Of a stretch of DNA of 64,000 bases, positions 21,517 to 32,600 are shown one piece after another (within the stretch, counting starts at the first letter, position 1; every line of letters begins with the position of its first letter). The notes under the pieces were generated by a model that worked only from the letters and a program-made list of their open reading frames with translations, had not been told where the DNA came from and made no database searches. The position numbers and the translations under genes are program-made. The DNA lies in NCBI GenBank assembly GCA_019058445.1, contig JAHPZA010000003.1, forward strand, positions 186,710-250,709, in the 5' to 3' direction. This DNA is from Promethearchaeota archaeon. GTDB taxonomy: Archaea; Asgardarchaeota; Lokiarchaeia; Sigyniarchaeales; SOKP01.

Positions 21517-21900
21517 ATGAATGATGATAAAAAATTAGTATTCATCTATAATGCAGACTCTGGGCTTATTAATGCGGTGAAAGATTATTTTCACAAAAAA
21601 CGTAGTCCCGAGACTTATCAATGCAATCTATGTATGCAAACATTTGGCGCAATCTCTATGAAGAAGGACTGGAAAAATTATGTAAATAATTTAGATATTC
21701 CTGCCGAATTTCTTCATAAAGACGAATTTGAAAAGAAATATGCTGAACAAGTTCCCATTCATGAAGTGAAATATCCTTCAGCTTACTTTAAAAATGGCTC
21801 AAATATGAACTTATTTGTGTCCCAAGATGAGATGAATGCGGTAAAATCATTAGATGAATTGAAAGACATGATAAGCAGGAAGTTGAAATCAACTTCTTAA
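21517..21900 (+). CDS. Conserved hypothetical protein (YNADSG...CNLC family)
   Basis: FIYNADSG, CxLC and FLHKDEF motifs; function unknown. Confidence 0.65.
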   Translation: MNDDKKLVFIYNADSGLINAVKDYFHKKRSPETYQCNLCMQTFGAISMKKDWKNYVNNLDIPAEFLHKDEFEKKYAEQVPIHEVKYPSAYFKNGSNMNLFVSQDEMNAVKSLDELKDMISRKLKSTS

Positions 21901-21971
21901 TGATTTTTATTAATAATTTTTATGTTCAAAAATTTTTTTTCTTTTTAATGTTTTCTAGGGTTTTACTCATT

Positions 21972-22925
21972 TTATTCGATTTTTCTAGTCAACCCAGACC
22001 ATTTTACATTTTTTACTCCTGTTTTTTTAGCAAGCTCTAAAAAATGTTCCATTTCTTGTGTTGTCATTAATGGTTCATCTTTAAGAATCCATGATCTTCC
22101 TAATCTTGAATATTTAATTTCACAGAGTTTATTAAAACTTAACAAATCCCATTTTTCAGGTATATTATTCAAATTAAATGTAATGAATTCTCCAATTGCT
22201 TTAATATTTTCATTCGTGGCAGTATATTTTGGAATTAATGGTGTCCTTATCCACAATTTTTTTCCATTTTCTTTAACATAATTCGAGATCCATTTAGCAT
22301 TTTCTAATATTAATTCATTTCTTACTCCTGTATATTGTTCATGTTTATCAGGATCAATAAGTTTTATATCAAGAAGAATTAAATCGACGTATGGTAATAA
22401 TTTTTGATATATTTCTTTACTTGAATAACCACATGTATCTAAAGCTGTAGAAATACCATTTTTTTTGCATAATTTAAAAAATCTTAAAAGAAAATCGGAT
22501 TGTAAAGTAGGTTCACCACCTGAAACAGTGATACCTCCTTTTGATTTAGTAAAAAATATTTTTTCTTTCTCAATTTCATGAAAAAGATCTATTAATTCCC
22601 ACCACTCTCCAAGCATAGATAATGCTGTACTAGGACAGGCTGCTACGCAGTCTCCACAACTATTACAATTTTCTCTACGGATATGTAAACCATCTTCTTT
22701 CATAAGTAATGCATCTTTTGTACAGATCTCCACACAGCTATTACAACCTATACATTTTTGTTCTACCCATTGAATTTGAGGTTTATTCGGAATGGACTCA
22801 GGGTTATGGCACCATACGCAGTTTAATGGACATTTATTGAAATAAATAGTTGTACGAACACCCGGACCATCATCTGTAGCCATTCTCTGAATTTTAAAAA
22901 TTAATGCTTTAGATTTTGACTCTAT
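21972..22925 (-). CDS. Glycyl-radical enzyme activating enzyme (radical SAM with ferredoxin insert)
   Basis: DGPGVRTT, CPLNCVWCHNPE, two CxxCxxCxxxC motifs, SGGEP. The conserved LIFKIQR lies upstream of the ORF-track ATG (22883), which implies an ATA/ATT start near 22925. Confidence 0.92.
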   Translation of the reverse strand: MESKSKALIFKIQRMATDDGPGVRTTIYFNKCPLNCVWCHNPESIPNKPQIQWVEQKCIGCNSCVEICTKDALLMKEDGLHIRRENCNSCGDCVAACPSTALSMLGEWWELIDLFHEIEKEKIFFTKSKGGITVSGGEPTLQSDFLLRFFKLCKKNGISTALDTCGYSSKEIYQKLLPYVDLILLDIKLIDPDKHEQYTGVRNELILENAKWISNYVKENGKKLWIRTPLIPKYTATNENIKAIGEFITFNLNNIPEKWDLLSFNKLCEIKYSRLGRSWILKDEPLMTTQEMEHFLELAKKTGVKNVKWSGLTRKIE

Positions 22926-22992
22926 AATACATCACATTATTAACCTATAAAATTTATATAAAATTCAAAAAAATAGTCCTTTAAAGTAGGAT

Positions 22993-25440
22993 TTAAAATT
23001 TATCGAATTCAGTTCGATTAATAATATCATCCTGAAGACTTCTGCTAAGATCTATAAAACGAGCAGAGTAGCCCGAGACTTTAACTGATAAATCTTTATA
23101 ATTTTCAGGATGGGCTTGTGCATCCCTCAGTGTATCAGAATCTATAGGATTAATTTGAATCTCCTTTCCGCCTAATTCAAAATAAGCTTCAATTATAGAA
23201 GCCAATCTATCTACACCTTCATCTGTTTCAATTATACTTGGGGATATTCTTACATTCATAGCTAATCCATCGGTTATGAGGGGTTGACCTGCTTTTGTTG
23301 CTGAGAGGAGCGCCATAGTAAGACCGCTACGATCTGTACCATTAACAGGAGAAAGACCATTGGAAACAGGTTCACCAGCTTTTCTTCCATCGGGAGTTGC
23401 TCCTAGATTTCTACCCTCAATAACTTGGGATCCTGCAGCAGACACAAAACTAGAACGATATATGCCTTTACCTCCTCTCACATGATATTTTCTAGTAATT
23501 TCAGTAAAAATTTCCGCAACCCATTTCGCAAGGTTATCTACTCTTTCATCACCATTACCATATTTAGGAGCTTTATTAAGTAATTGTTCCCTGAGCGCCC
23601 TCGCTCCCTTAAAATTATTTCGGAGGTGTTTTACTAATTCTCCCATTGTGAGTAATTTTTCTTCAAAAACAGCCCATTCTATTGCTGCCAATGAATTTGC
23701 CACTGTTCCTAAAGCTTGTCCATTCATACAACTATTGTTATAACGTGCCCCGTTTCGTGTTATATCTTGTCCACTCTCTAAACATCCCTCTATTGTAGAT
23801 GAGAGTAATGGTGATGGAAAGCTTTCTGCAAATGCTTTATCCTTTAATTCAGCCATCTTCACAACTCTTTCCACTGCGAAAGAGAGTTGTTCTACAAAAG
23901 CTTTCTTTACATCTTCAAAGGTTTTAAAAACACTGGGATCGGGAGTTTTCGCACCAACTTGGCGTTTTCCTAATAAATGAACACGTCCTTCATTTAAAGC
24001 CATAGAAAAAACGATTGCCATCCAAATACCATTACCTCCGGTGTAGGAGAAATCATTACCAGTTCCTGTAGGTTCCACACAACCTACTATTGAATAGTCG
24101 CGGGCATCTTCTAGTGAATACCCATCTTCAATAAATTGTTCTACAATCATATCGTCATTGTGAATGCCAATTCCCCCCGTATATCGGTGTATTTCACAAG
24201 CTCTGAGCAGAAAATCACGAGGAGTTTTTGAAGAGATTCTGATTGATAAGGAATTCAATAAACTTTTAACATTTGCAGTTGCTTCGAGAAAAAGGTAAGA
24301 TATTTCATTTGTAGCGTCTTGTCCATCATGTCCGAGCCCACCAATTGTTATATTATTCTGACCTGCTATCACGACCGAAGCTAGCTTAACTAAATATTCC
24401 TCAATGGCTTCTAAGCATTTTTCATTGGTTATCTGCCCCTCGGCTATATCAGAAATATAATAAGGGTACAGATATTGATCTACTCGACCTTGAGAAAAAA
24501 CATTCCCATCTCCATAACTCATTTCCATAACAACATTCGTCATCCATATCGATTGAAGAGCCTCCATGAAATTTCTTGGAGGATAAGCAGGTACTTGTCT
24601 TGTGCGTTCAACTATTTCTAATAGTTCAGCTCGTCTTTCTTTATTTGCTTTTTCGGCCATTTTCATGGCGAGATCTGCATAGCGATTAGAATAATTACAA
24701 ACTGCTCTCGCAACCACCTGAACTGACTCATAAAAATCCTTGCGTTGTTCGTAATCTTTATCATCTTCTTTAAGTTTCTCAAGTTCTATTCTAGCTTTCT
24801 CCTCAATTCCTTTAAAACCCATTTTAAGAACTCTTCTAAAACCTGGAATAGTATGTCCCTGACCATCAAAAAGCAATGTATAAGTATCGGGAATACCGGT
24901 CAAGAATGTATTAAAAATTCGAGCCATAGGTCCTCTATAATCCTTGTATAAACCTGCTTCCTTTAAAAGTTCTATCTTCCGGTCTTTTAATGTCTTTCCC
25001 TTCCAAAAGGGGATAATCTCATTTTTCAACTCGTGAATCTCTTGCTCTGTTAAAGGAGTAAAACGTTGCATTGCTGTTCCTCTACGTATTAATTTTTTAG
25101 CTTGCTCCTCAATTGTATCATCCAAAAGCAAATCCCACACAGAAACATGTCTTCCAAGTTCTATTTCGAAAGGATCTGCTCTTATTTTACTAGATTTTAC
25201 TCCTACAAGAACTTCATCTTCATCTATTCTTATTGGAATTTTACGCAAAAATTCCTCTAATGCTTTAGCTTTTCTCATACAAGGAGGTGAATCTTCCATG
25301 GATTTCCATATTCTAGTATAGCATCGTGCTCGCTCAAGATCACACTCAAAAGGGCTATCTAACATTTTATCTCTAATTCTTCGGACCCTCTCGGATGGTG
25401 TTCCTTGAAGTGGTACCATTTTGTAATTTTGAACAACCAT
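22993..25440 (-). CDS. Glycyl radical enzyme (PFL2/dehydratase-type), substrate unknown
   Basis: GRVDQYLYP, catalytic Cys loop VGCVEP, GATPDGR, C-terminal radical motif KVSGYSA. Confidence 0.93.
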   Translation of the reverse strand: MVVQNYKMVPLQGTPSERVRRIRDKMLDSPFECDLERARCYTRIWKSMEDSPPCMRKAKALEEFLRKIPIRIDEDEVLVGVKSSKIRADPFEIELGRHVSVWDLLLDDTIEEQAKKLIRRGTAMQRFTPLTEQEIHELKNEIIPFWKGKTLKDRKIELLKEAGLYKDYRGPMARIFNTFLTGIPDTYTLLFDGQGHTIPGFRRVLKMGFKGIEEKARIELEKLKEDDKDYEQRKDFYESVQVVARAVCNYSNRYADLAMKMAEKANKERRAELLEIVERTRQVPAYPPRNFMEALQSIWMTNVVMEMSYGDGNVFSQGRVDQYLYPYYISDIAEGQITNEKCLEAIEEYLVKLASVVIAGQNNITIGGLGHDGQDATNEISYLFLEATANVKSLLNSLSIRISSKTPRDFLLRACEIHRYTGGIGIHNDDMIVEQFIEDGYSLEDARDYSIVGCVEPTGTGNDFSYTGGNGIWMAIVFSMALNEGRVHLLGKRQVGAKTPDPSVFKTFEDVKKAFVEQLSFAVERVVKMAELKDKAFAESFPSPLLSSTIEGCLESGQDITRNGARYNNSCMNGQALGTVANSLAAIEWAVFEEKLLTMGELVKHLRNNFKGARALREQLLNKAPKYGNGDERVDNLAKWVAEIFTEITRKYHVRGGKGIYRSSFVSAAGSQVIEGRNLGATPDGRKAGEPVSNGLSPVNGTDRSGLTMALLSATKAGQPLITDGLAMNVRISPSIIETDEGVDRLASIIEAYFELGGKEIQINPIDSDTLRDAQAHPENYKDLSVKVSGYSARFIDLSRSLQDDIINRTEFDKF

Positions 25441-25466
25441 AATATATATTTAGTTTTTTTAATATT

Positions 25467-25487
25467 TAAATCTACATAGTAGACTTA
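25467..25487. promoter_or_regulatory. Palindromic operator overlapping the TATA box of the GRE gene
   Basis: TAAATCTAC-ATA-GTAGACTTA; inverted near-copy at 26368-26388. Confidence 0.7.
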
Positions 25488-25518
25488 TTTATAAATTATA
25501 ATTTTAATATATTTATTT

Positions 25519-26247
25519 TTATTTATCTTCATCCAACATCAAATTGGGATTAGTTAATAGCGCTTGGATTTTTCTTAAAGTATATTCTCGAAATTCCTTG
25601 CTTGTGAAAGTTTGAGTTCCAAATTGGAGTCGCTCGTCTATTTCCTTTCCCGTTTTATCAATGGTATTTTCAATATCCCGCATAGCCTTTTCCACTAGAG
25701 TTGCACCTAATATTATACTAAATAAATAGAATGATAGTAATGCAGCATTGTTATCTTTAATCTCATGTTTATCAATGCCTTTTTGAATTAACTGAGTCGT
25801 TCTGTCTAGAAAGTTAAATTGTTTATATTCTTTTTCAAACGGTCCTACTTTTTTCGATGGAGGGGAAGGAATAACATGCATCATTCTAAAAGCAGCAAAA
25901 TCTTTTTCTGCAAATTCAAAAAAGTGTTCAGAAATTATCAATAATAACTTTACGATTGAACCACTAAAATTCTTAATCATTTCTCGGTTTTCATTCCGAT
26001 ATTGTTCATAAAACTTTTTCCTTATCGCAATCCATAGTTCTCGTTTACTTTCCACATAATTATAAAGATTATTAGGATCCATTTTTAATCTTTTTGCTAA
26101 TCCACGCATACTAAAACCATCTCGACCTTTTTCAAGAAATAATTGCTTCCCTACTTCCAAAATATTATCAAATTTTTGAGCTTTCTTTTCAGGCGATCTA
26201 TGTCTTGTTTTTTTCCTTTTATTTGAATCTGCTTTTTTGCCAACCAT
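25519..26247 (-). CDS. TetR/AcrR family regulator
   Basis: FLEKGRDGFSMRGLAKRLKMDPNNLYNYVESKREL HTH. Confidence 0.92.
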   Translation of the reverse strand: MVGKKADSNKRKKTRHRSPEKKAQKFDNILEVGKQLFLEKGRDGFSMRGLAKRLKMDPNNLYNYVESKRELWIAIRKKFYEQYRNENREMIKNFSGSIVKLLLIISEHFFEFAEKDFAAFRMMHVIPSPPSKKVGPFEKEYKQFNFLDRTTQLIQKGIDKHEIKDNNAALLSFYLFSIILGATLVEKAMRDIENTIDKTGKEIDERLQFGTQTFTSKEFREYTLRKIQALLTNPNLMLDEDK

Positions 26248-26367
26248 TATTATCCAAGAACCTTACAAAACTTTTAATTGTATTTAATCAATTTAAAAAA
26301 TATTTATTCCTCAATCTAGATCATTCTTTCTTCAGAATGATAATATAGTAGTAACAAAATTCCTAAA

Positions 26368-26388
26368 TAAATCTACTATGTGGATTTA
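26368..26388. promoter_or_regulatory. Palindromic operator overlapping the TATA box of the FAD oxidoreductase gene
   Basis: TAAATCTAC-TAT-GTGGATTTA, overlapping TTTAAATA. Confidence 0.7.
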
Positions 26389-26447
26389 AATAATAAAAAA
26401 CTTTAGTTGAATTATAAAAAATTTAATTTTGAAATAGTGAGTTATGA

Positions 26448-28010
26448 GTGGTTAATATGGAAAAAATAATTATACCACAAAAAGAAATTGATGTACTGGA
26501 TGATGTGGATGTAATTGTTGTTGGTGGTGGGCCAGCGGGGATTGGCGCAGCTCTGGCATCCGGGCGAAATGGAGCCAAAACAATTTTAGTAGAAACAATG
26601 GGAAGCTTAGGAGGTTTACAAACGCAAGGTTATAGCCCTATTTTTAGTTTTATAGATCCGGGAATACATGGAGGAATCGTGCTAGAGATTCTTAATCGCC
26701 TCAAGGAAGCTGGAGCGTTAAAGAATTTGGAGAATGCACCTTTAAATGTTAGAGCCGAGATGAAAGCACGTTTAATTTCTACTTTAGGAGAAAAAAATTT
26801 ACCGAAACGGCTGCTTGAGACCGAGGTAGGTTACTGGGGAGCTTGGGGTAAGGCCTTTGACATAGAATATTATAAATTTTTAATGGAGACTATGATGGTA
26901 GAGGCTGGAGTTGGGATTTTATATCATACATTTGCTACCGATGTAATAAGGGAAGATAATATAATTAAAGGAATTATCATTGAGTCTAAAGAAGGCACGC
27001 AGGCAATTTTAGGGAAATCTGTAATCGATTGTACAGGAGTCGGAGATATTGTTTGGAAATCAGGGACACCTTGCTTAGGCGATGAAGGTGTTGAAATAGG
27101 AAGGCATAAAGGAGATCCTGGCGGAAACCTGAACTCATTCTATATTGGAGGAGTAGATAGGGAGAAGTTTGAGAAATATAAAAAAGAAAATAGAGCTGAT
27201 TGGCGTGGAATGTATGGCGGCAGAGAACTAATTAAGAAAGCAAAGAGGGAGGGTGCTCATATCAAAAGCGAAGCCATGATTGTTGCTGATATATTCGATG
27301 TATTTGAAAGAGGAAGGCTCTATGTGATGAATCCTGTGCATCGGACTCCCAAAGATAAAAAAGGTTGGATGGTAGGAGAAATAAGTAATGCTGAGATTGA
27401 TATGAGGAGACAAGCGTGGGCAGTTTTCACGCTTCTAAAGGAAAACGTACCTGGTTTTGAAAAAGCTTATATTGAGAGAACATCACACATCCCTGTCATC
27501 GGAATCGGACACAGAATAAAAGGAGATTACATCTTAAATGTAGGAGATATGCGAGAAGGTAAATCATTTGAGGATTCTATTGCAATAAACAATATGCCAC
27601 CGGATTTATACGAGCGTGTGGGGCGATTTGGTTACGAAATACTTCCTCATGATATCCCGTATCGTTGTTTAGTATCCAATAAAGTTGAAAATCTTCTTGC
27701 TGCTGGAACTACACTCTCATCGGGATCGTTTGCGAATAGTGGTTTGAGATATTGTACACCGAGCATCTGTCAGGGACAGGCAGCAGGAACTGCTGCTGCA
27801 TTAGCATCCAAAACCAATGTTACTCCAAAAAATATTGATATAAAACTCTTACAAGACACTTTACGCGAGCAAGGTGTAATAGTAACAGTTAAAGATGTAC
27901 CAAAGGAAATTCTTGAACCGTATAAGCTTATCAAAAAGCTGAAGATTTATGTCAAAAGACAGGACGTCAGAGAAATGGCAGCAACTGAAGAAGAAATTGC
28001 TCAGTTTTAA
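26448..28010 (+). CDS. FAD-dependent oxidoreductase (FAD_oxidored-type)
   Basis: VVGGGPAGIGAA, IDCTGVGD, IPYRCLV, QGQAAGTAAA. Confidence 0.88.
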   Translation: MVNMEKIIIPQKEIDVLDDVDVIVVGGGPAGIGAALASGRNGAKTILVETMGSLGGLQTQGYSPIFSFIDPGIHGGIVLEILNRLKEAGALKNLENAPLNVRAEMKARLISTLGEKNLPKRLLETEVGYWGAWGKAFDIEYYKFLMETMMVEAGVGILYHTFATDVIREDNIIKGIIIESKEGTQAILGKSVIDCTGVGDIVWKSGTPCLGDEGVEIGRHKGDPGGNLNSFYIGGVDREKFEKYKKENRADWRGMYGGRELIKKAKREGAHIKSEAMIVADIFDVFERGRLYVMNPVHRTPKDKKGWMVGEISNAEIDMRRQAWAVFTLLKENVPGFEKAYIERTSHIPVIGIGHRIKGDYILNVGDMREGKSFEDSIAINNMPPDLYERVGRFGYEILPHDIPYRCLVSNKVENLLAAGTTLSSGSFANSGLRYCTPSICQGQAAGTAAALASKTNVTPKNIDIKLLQDTLREQGVIVTVKDVPKEILEPYKLIKKLKIYVKRQDVREMAATEEEIAQF

Positions 28011-28090
28011 AATAAATCTATTTTAAAAATTTTTATTAATTTTTTTAAAAAGCTTCAATTTTACTATATTGCGTCCCAATGTACTTATTT

Positions 28091-29650
28091 TTAGTAAATA
28101 TATAGATCTTTCAAATTCATACTCTTAAAATCAAAAACTCGTATAAGATGGTTGTTAGTATCGGCAATATACAAATTATTATTATAATATACAACATCAT
28201 TAGGTTCAAACAGTGGTAATTGATCACAGTTTTTATCTTCTATTTTACAAATCCCTTTTCTTGGCCTATAAATTAGATTAGTCAATTGTTGTGTCTCCAA
28301 ATCGGCAATTCTAATTGCATGGTTGTAAGTATCGGCTATATATATCCTCTTCTTTTCTACATCAACGCCAAGTGGATGTTGTAAAAGGGCTTGATTGAAA
28401 GAACCTTCCTTCATTCCGAAGGTGAATAGTCCTTTTCCGATTAACGTTTCAACTCGCTTGTTTTTAAGATCGATAAACCTTAATCCAGAGACTTCACTAT
28501 CTGCAAAGTATAACCTATGATTCTCTTTATCTAATGCTAAACCACTTGGTTGGGCTAATGCAGCTTCAGATAGGTTTCCATCTATGATATCTTCCCTTCC
28601 ACTCCCCGCGAAATCTCTAATGGTGCTTTCATCTAAATTAATTCTCCATATTTGATGAGTACCTGCCATAGCAATATAAAGAAAGTGCTCCTTAATAGCT
28701 AAATCCCATGGAGAACTCAAGGCAATGTTTAAAGGATCTCCTTTGTATTTCCTAATGAAACCTTGTATTCCAGTTCCGGCAATGGTTTTCACGATGTTAG
28801 TTTTAAAATTTATTTCTCTTATTGCGTGATTTTCAGTGTCAGCTACATATAACTTATTTTCTTTATAAACAATCCCTTGGGGTAAATTAAATTGAGCCTC
28901 GTCAAATTTACCATCCTTAAAACCCTTTTGGCCTTTCCCAATAATATCCAGAATTTTCCCAGTGTCATCCTCCTCTAATTGGACTCTTAAGATCCTATTA
29001 TGGTTGGAATCGCTTATATAAAGGTGATTTTTTTCGGGATTCACTGTAATTTTTCCGGGAAATTTAAGAAATGACTCAATAAAAATATCAGGTTGAATTT
29101 CATATTTCTGGCTTGAAATCGTTCCGTCCTTTTTACCCTTATCTAAAGCCCTGCTAATGAAACTATCTAAGAGATCTGTTTTTCCTTCACCAGCAGCTCT
29201 TCCAATAATTTTTCCATCTGTGTCAATAACTATAAAGGATGGCCAAGCGTTGATTTTATATCCACGCCATAATACTAAATCATTATCAATCAGTACCGGA
29301 TGTTTAATTTCATAGCGGGATACAGCTGAACGAATGTTATTTTTATCTTTCTCATTATTGAATTTGGCCGAATGAACGCCAATAACAACTACGGGCTCAT
29401 CTTTATACTTATCTTCTAAGCATTTCAAATCATTAAGAACGTGAATACAATTAATACAACAGTATGTCCAAAAATCAAGCAAGATAACATGTCCTTTTAA
29501 TTTCTTAAGCGATAAAGATTCAGAAGTATTGATCCATTCTACTTTGTCTGGAAAGTTTATAGCTTCTACAGACATAGCGTTTTTCAATCCTTTTATCATA
29601 TTTTTCAAATTTTCTGTCATTTTTTTTTCAAAATCACTCAAATTACCCAC
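28091..29650 (-). CDS. Thioredoxin-like plus NHL-repeat protein (NHLRC2/SOQ1-like)
   Basis: DFWTYCCINC, GVHSAKF, repeated LY(I/V)ADT-N-H NHL units. Confidence 0.9.
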   Translation of the reverse strand: MGNLSDFEKKMTENLKNMIKGLKNAMSVEAINFPDKVEWINTSESLSLKKLKGHVILLDFWTYCCINCIHVLNDLKCLEDKYKDEPVVVIGVHSAKFNNEKDKNNIRSAVSRYEIKHPVLIDNDLVLWRGYKINAWPSFIVIDTDGKIIGRAAGEGKTDLLDSFISRALDKGKKDGTISSQKYEIQPDIFIESFLKFPGKITVNPEKNHLYISDSNHNRILRVQLEEDDTGKILDIIGKGQKGFKDGKFDEAQFNLPQGIVYKENKLYVADTENHAIREINFKTNIVKTIAGTGIQGFIRKYKGDPLNIALSSPWDLAIKEHFLYIAMAGTHQIWRINLDESTIRDFAGSGREDIIDGNLSEAALAQPSGLALDKENHRLYFADSEVSGLRFIDLKNKRVETLIGKGLFTFGMKEGSFNQALLQHPLGVDVEKKRIYIADTYNHAIRIADLETQQLTNLIYRPRKGICKIEDKNCDQLPLFEPNDVVYYNNNLYIADTNNHLIRVFDFKSMNLKDLYIY

Positions 29651-29683
29651 ATCTCCTACATTTGAATTTAAAATTTATAAAAT

Positions 29684-31795
29684 TTATTGTGAATTCCATT
29701 TTGAATTCAACAATTCCAGCATTTTATTTATCTGATTTGTGGCAGGTTTACATGTTTGATTGATACAAACGTAAGCCGCGGTTTTACCATCAACTTTTTC
29801 GTAATACTTCGCGAATTCTGCGATATCTATAATTTCTGGGGATGATTGGTTAGTGGGAAGAAAGATTAAAGATTTATTTGGGATAAATTTCTCTCTAATT
29901 GCGTTGAGCATCTCCTTAGTATCCTCACTGGTTGTATCTCCAGCAATCACCAAAGTATATGTAGGACCTACTGCAAAATCAATCGCGACCATCAAATAAC
30001 TATAAGCGGAAGTATTATTATTTACACTTTCAGCAAAAACTCTACTCAAATAATCTGCTTTTTGTTCTAAATCATGATTCCATGTTAATTGAGCTAGTTT
30101 AAGCAAATTTAGCATAGATACAGAATTCCCCGAAGGGATCGCTCCGTCATAAATATCTTTTTGTCTAACTAAAAGTTGCTCTCCATCATCGGCAGTAAAA
30201 AAGAACCCTCCAATATTATTGTCCCAAAAGTGGTCAATTTGAGCTTTATTTAATTCTATGGCAGTTTTTAAATAAAAATTATCAAAAGTGCTTTCATACA
30301 GTTCAAGTAAACCCCATATAAAAAAGGCATAATCATCTAAATAAGCATCAATTTCTTTACTACCATTACGATATCTATGGAGCAACCGCCTATTGGGTTT
30401 ACGTAAGTTGGCTAGAATAAATTTAGCCGCTTTTTCAGCCGCTTTTAAATATAATGGTTCGCATAATATTTCCGCTCCCCTCGCTAATGCAGCAATCATT
30501 AATCCATTCCAATCAGTTAAAATCTTATCATCTTTATGTGGATGAATTCTTTTCACACGGATATTAAAAAGCTTTGCTCGAAATTCTTCCAATTTAACTC
30601 GAAGATCTTGCTCCTCAAAATTTAACTCTTTTGCTAAACTACTTAATGATTCCTTAAGATGTAAAATATTTGACCCTGTTTTCTTTTTAGAAGCTTCTTC
30701 TAAATAATTCCCTGCTTCTTCAATATTAAATACTTTTTTTATTAAATCCGCTTCGTCTTTATCAAGAAGATCATCAATTTCTCTCGGAGTCCATATATAA
30801 AATTTACCTTCTTCTCCTTCACTATCGGCATCCTCAGCTGAATAAAATCCTCCTTCTGGGGAAGTCATGTCTCTTAAGATATAAGTAAAAATTTCAATAG
30901 CAGTTTTACTATAAAATGGATTCTTAGTAGCTTGATATACTTCTAAATAAGCAAGAGCCAATAGTGCATTATCATATAACATTTTCTCGAAATGTGGCAC
31001 TAACCATCTGGCATCAGTAGAATAACGATGAAATCCAAAACCAACATGATCATATATCCCACCATTTCTCATAGCCTGAAGCGTTTTTTCGACCATGCGG
31101 AGGGCATCTCCATTTCCGGTACGTTTCCAAAATCGTAGCAAGAAAAGGAAATTATGTGGAGTGGGAAATTTTGGAGCGCTTCCAAATCCGCCATTTTTCT
31201 CATCAAAGCGCGATCCAAGGTTATTAAAAGCTTTTTGGAGCGTTTTTTCATCAAGTTTTAGTCCTGGATTCTCAACAGTAATATCTAACAGAGCAGTAGT
31301 AATTTGATCACTTGTTTTATAAATTTCATCTTTTTTATCCCTCCAAAGCTCCTTAACTCTATTAATTAGATCTACTAAACCTACCCTGCCAAATCTACTT
31401 TCTTTTGGAAAATACGTTCCAGCAAAAAAAGGTTTTTTATCAGGGGTCATAATAATAGTAAGTGGCCAGCCACCAGAATTTGTCATTAATTGGCAGACTG
31501 TCATATATATCTTATCTATATCTGGACGCTCCTCTTTGTCAACTTTTATTGAAACAAAAACTTCATTCATAAGTTTCGCAACTTGGGGATCTTCAAAAGA
31601 TTCATGGGCCATTACATGACACCAATGGCATGTAGAATAACCAATTGACAGAAATATCGGTTTATTTTCCTCATGAGCTTTTTCAAAAGCTTCATCACCC
31701 CACGGATACCAATTCACAGGATTTTTAGCGTGTTGGAGCAAATAGGGACTTTTCTCATGAGCTAATTTATTTGTAATTGTTTCCATTCTTCTCAC
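29684..31795 (-). CDS. YyaL/SPATA20-like thioredoxin domain protein
   Basis: [40 protein letters not shown]. Confidence 0.93.
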   Translation of the reverse strand: MRRMETITNKLAHEKSPYLLQHAKNPVNWYPWGDEAFEKAHEENKPIFLSIGYSTCHWCHVMAHESFEDPQVAKLMNEVFVSIKVDKEERPDIDKIYMTVCQLMTNSGGWPLTIIMTPDKKPFFAGTYFPKESRFGRVGLVDLINRVKELWRDKKDEIYKTSDQITTALLDITVENPGLKLDEKTLQKAFNNLGSRFDEKNGGFGSAPKFPTPHNFLFLLRFWKRTGNGDALRMVEKTLQAMRNGGIYDHVGFGFHRYSTDARWLVPHFEKMLYDNALLALAYLEVYQATKNPFYSKTAIEIFTYILRDMTSPEGGFYSAEDADSEGEEGKFYIWTPREIDDLLDKDEADLIKKVFNIEEAGNYLEEASKKKTGSNILHLKESLSSLAKELNFEEQDLRVKLEEFRAKLFNIRVKRIHPHKDDKILTDWNGLMIAALARGAEILCEPLYLKAAEKAAKFILANLRKPNRRLLHRYRNGSKEIDAYLDDYAFFIWGLLELYESTFDNFYLKTAIELNKAQIDHFWDNNIGGFFFTADDGEQLLVRQKDIYDGAIPSGNSVSMLNLLKLAQLTWNHDLEQKADYLSRVFAESVNNNTSAYSYLMVAIDFAVGPTYTLVIAGDTTSEDTKEMLNAIREKFIPNKSLIFLPTNQSSPEIIDIAEFAKYYEKVDGKTAAYVCINQTCKPATNQINKMLELLNSKWNSQ

Positions 31796-31807
31796 TATTT
31801 AGAAATT

Positions 31808-32368
31808 TTAATCTGAATTATACTCATTAATGTATGCAAATTTATCTAATGATTTTCTAGGAGGTCTTTGTTTTTCTCCTAATTTCATCGCGTCAGAAAG
31901 TACTGGGTTAACTTCATCAGAATGTTTACCTACATTTACAAGAGTAATTAACCTTATTTCATCCGGAATTTTCAGAATTTCTTTAGCTTTTTCTTCATTG
32001 AAACCAGCAATAGGATGTGCCACTAGACCTAATTCGGTTGCCCTTAGGATAATAAATGCCGTTGCCATTCCAGTGTCAAATAAATAATAACGACGTTCCC
32101 CTATAATACAGTCATGCTCAGGCTTACTAAACACAGCTATGATAAGAGATGCCTTTTCTACCCATTTATTCCCTTTAGATAGAGTTGTAAACATTTTTTT
32201 TAATTGCTCCTGATCTTTAATAAATACAAAGTTCCAGGGCTGTTTATTACTACATGAAGGGGCTAATTGGGCTTTCTCGGCCAAATCTTTAATCAGCTCA
32301 TCATTTATTTCAATAGGATCGAGGGATCTATACGCTCTCCTATTTTTAATCGCTTCATTCACATTCAT
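31808..32368 (-). CDS. Nitroreductase family protein
   Basis: RRAYR, LAPSCSNKQPW. Confidence 0.9.
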   Translation of the reverse strand: MNVNEAIKNRRAYRSLDPIEINDELIKDLAEKAQLAPSCSNKQPWNFVFIKDQEQLKKMFTTLSKGNKWVEKASLIIAVFSKPEHDCIIGERRYYLFDTGMATAFIILRATELGLVAHPIAGFNEEKAKEILKIPDEIRLITLVNVGKHSDEVNPVLSDAMKLGEKQRPPRKSLDKFAYINEYNSD

Positions 32369-32600
32369 AAAATCAAATCAAAACCTTTGTGTATATGTAA
32401 GGATTATTTTATAAGATTTCAATAAACTTTTTCTATTATTAATAAAATAAAACTACAAAATATCAATCTACGGCTTATATTCTATTAAAAACTGGTATAA
32501 CTTAATTAACCCTAAAAAGAGCAGATTTAAAATTCTAATAAGTTAAAAATTTAACATTTAAATGTAAATTCTACAGATTTTAAAAGAAAAAAAAAAAGAA

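Noticed and set aside
22929-22937. In-frame ATG-TGA-TGT upstream of the activase as a Sec codon
   Set aside because: Position 2 is not a conserved Cys site in activases and no SECIS was seen downstream. It is better explained as an SD-like GTGAT.
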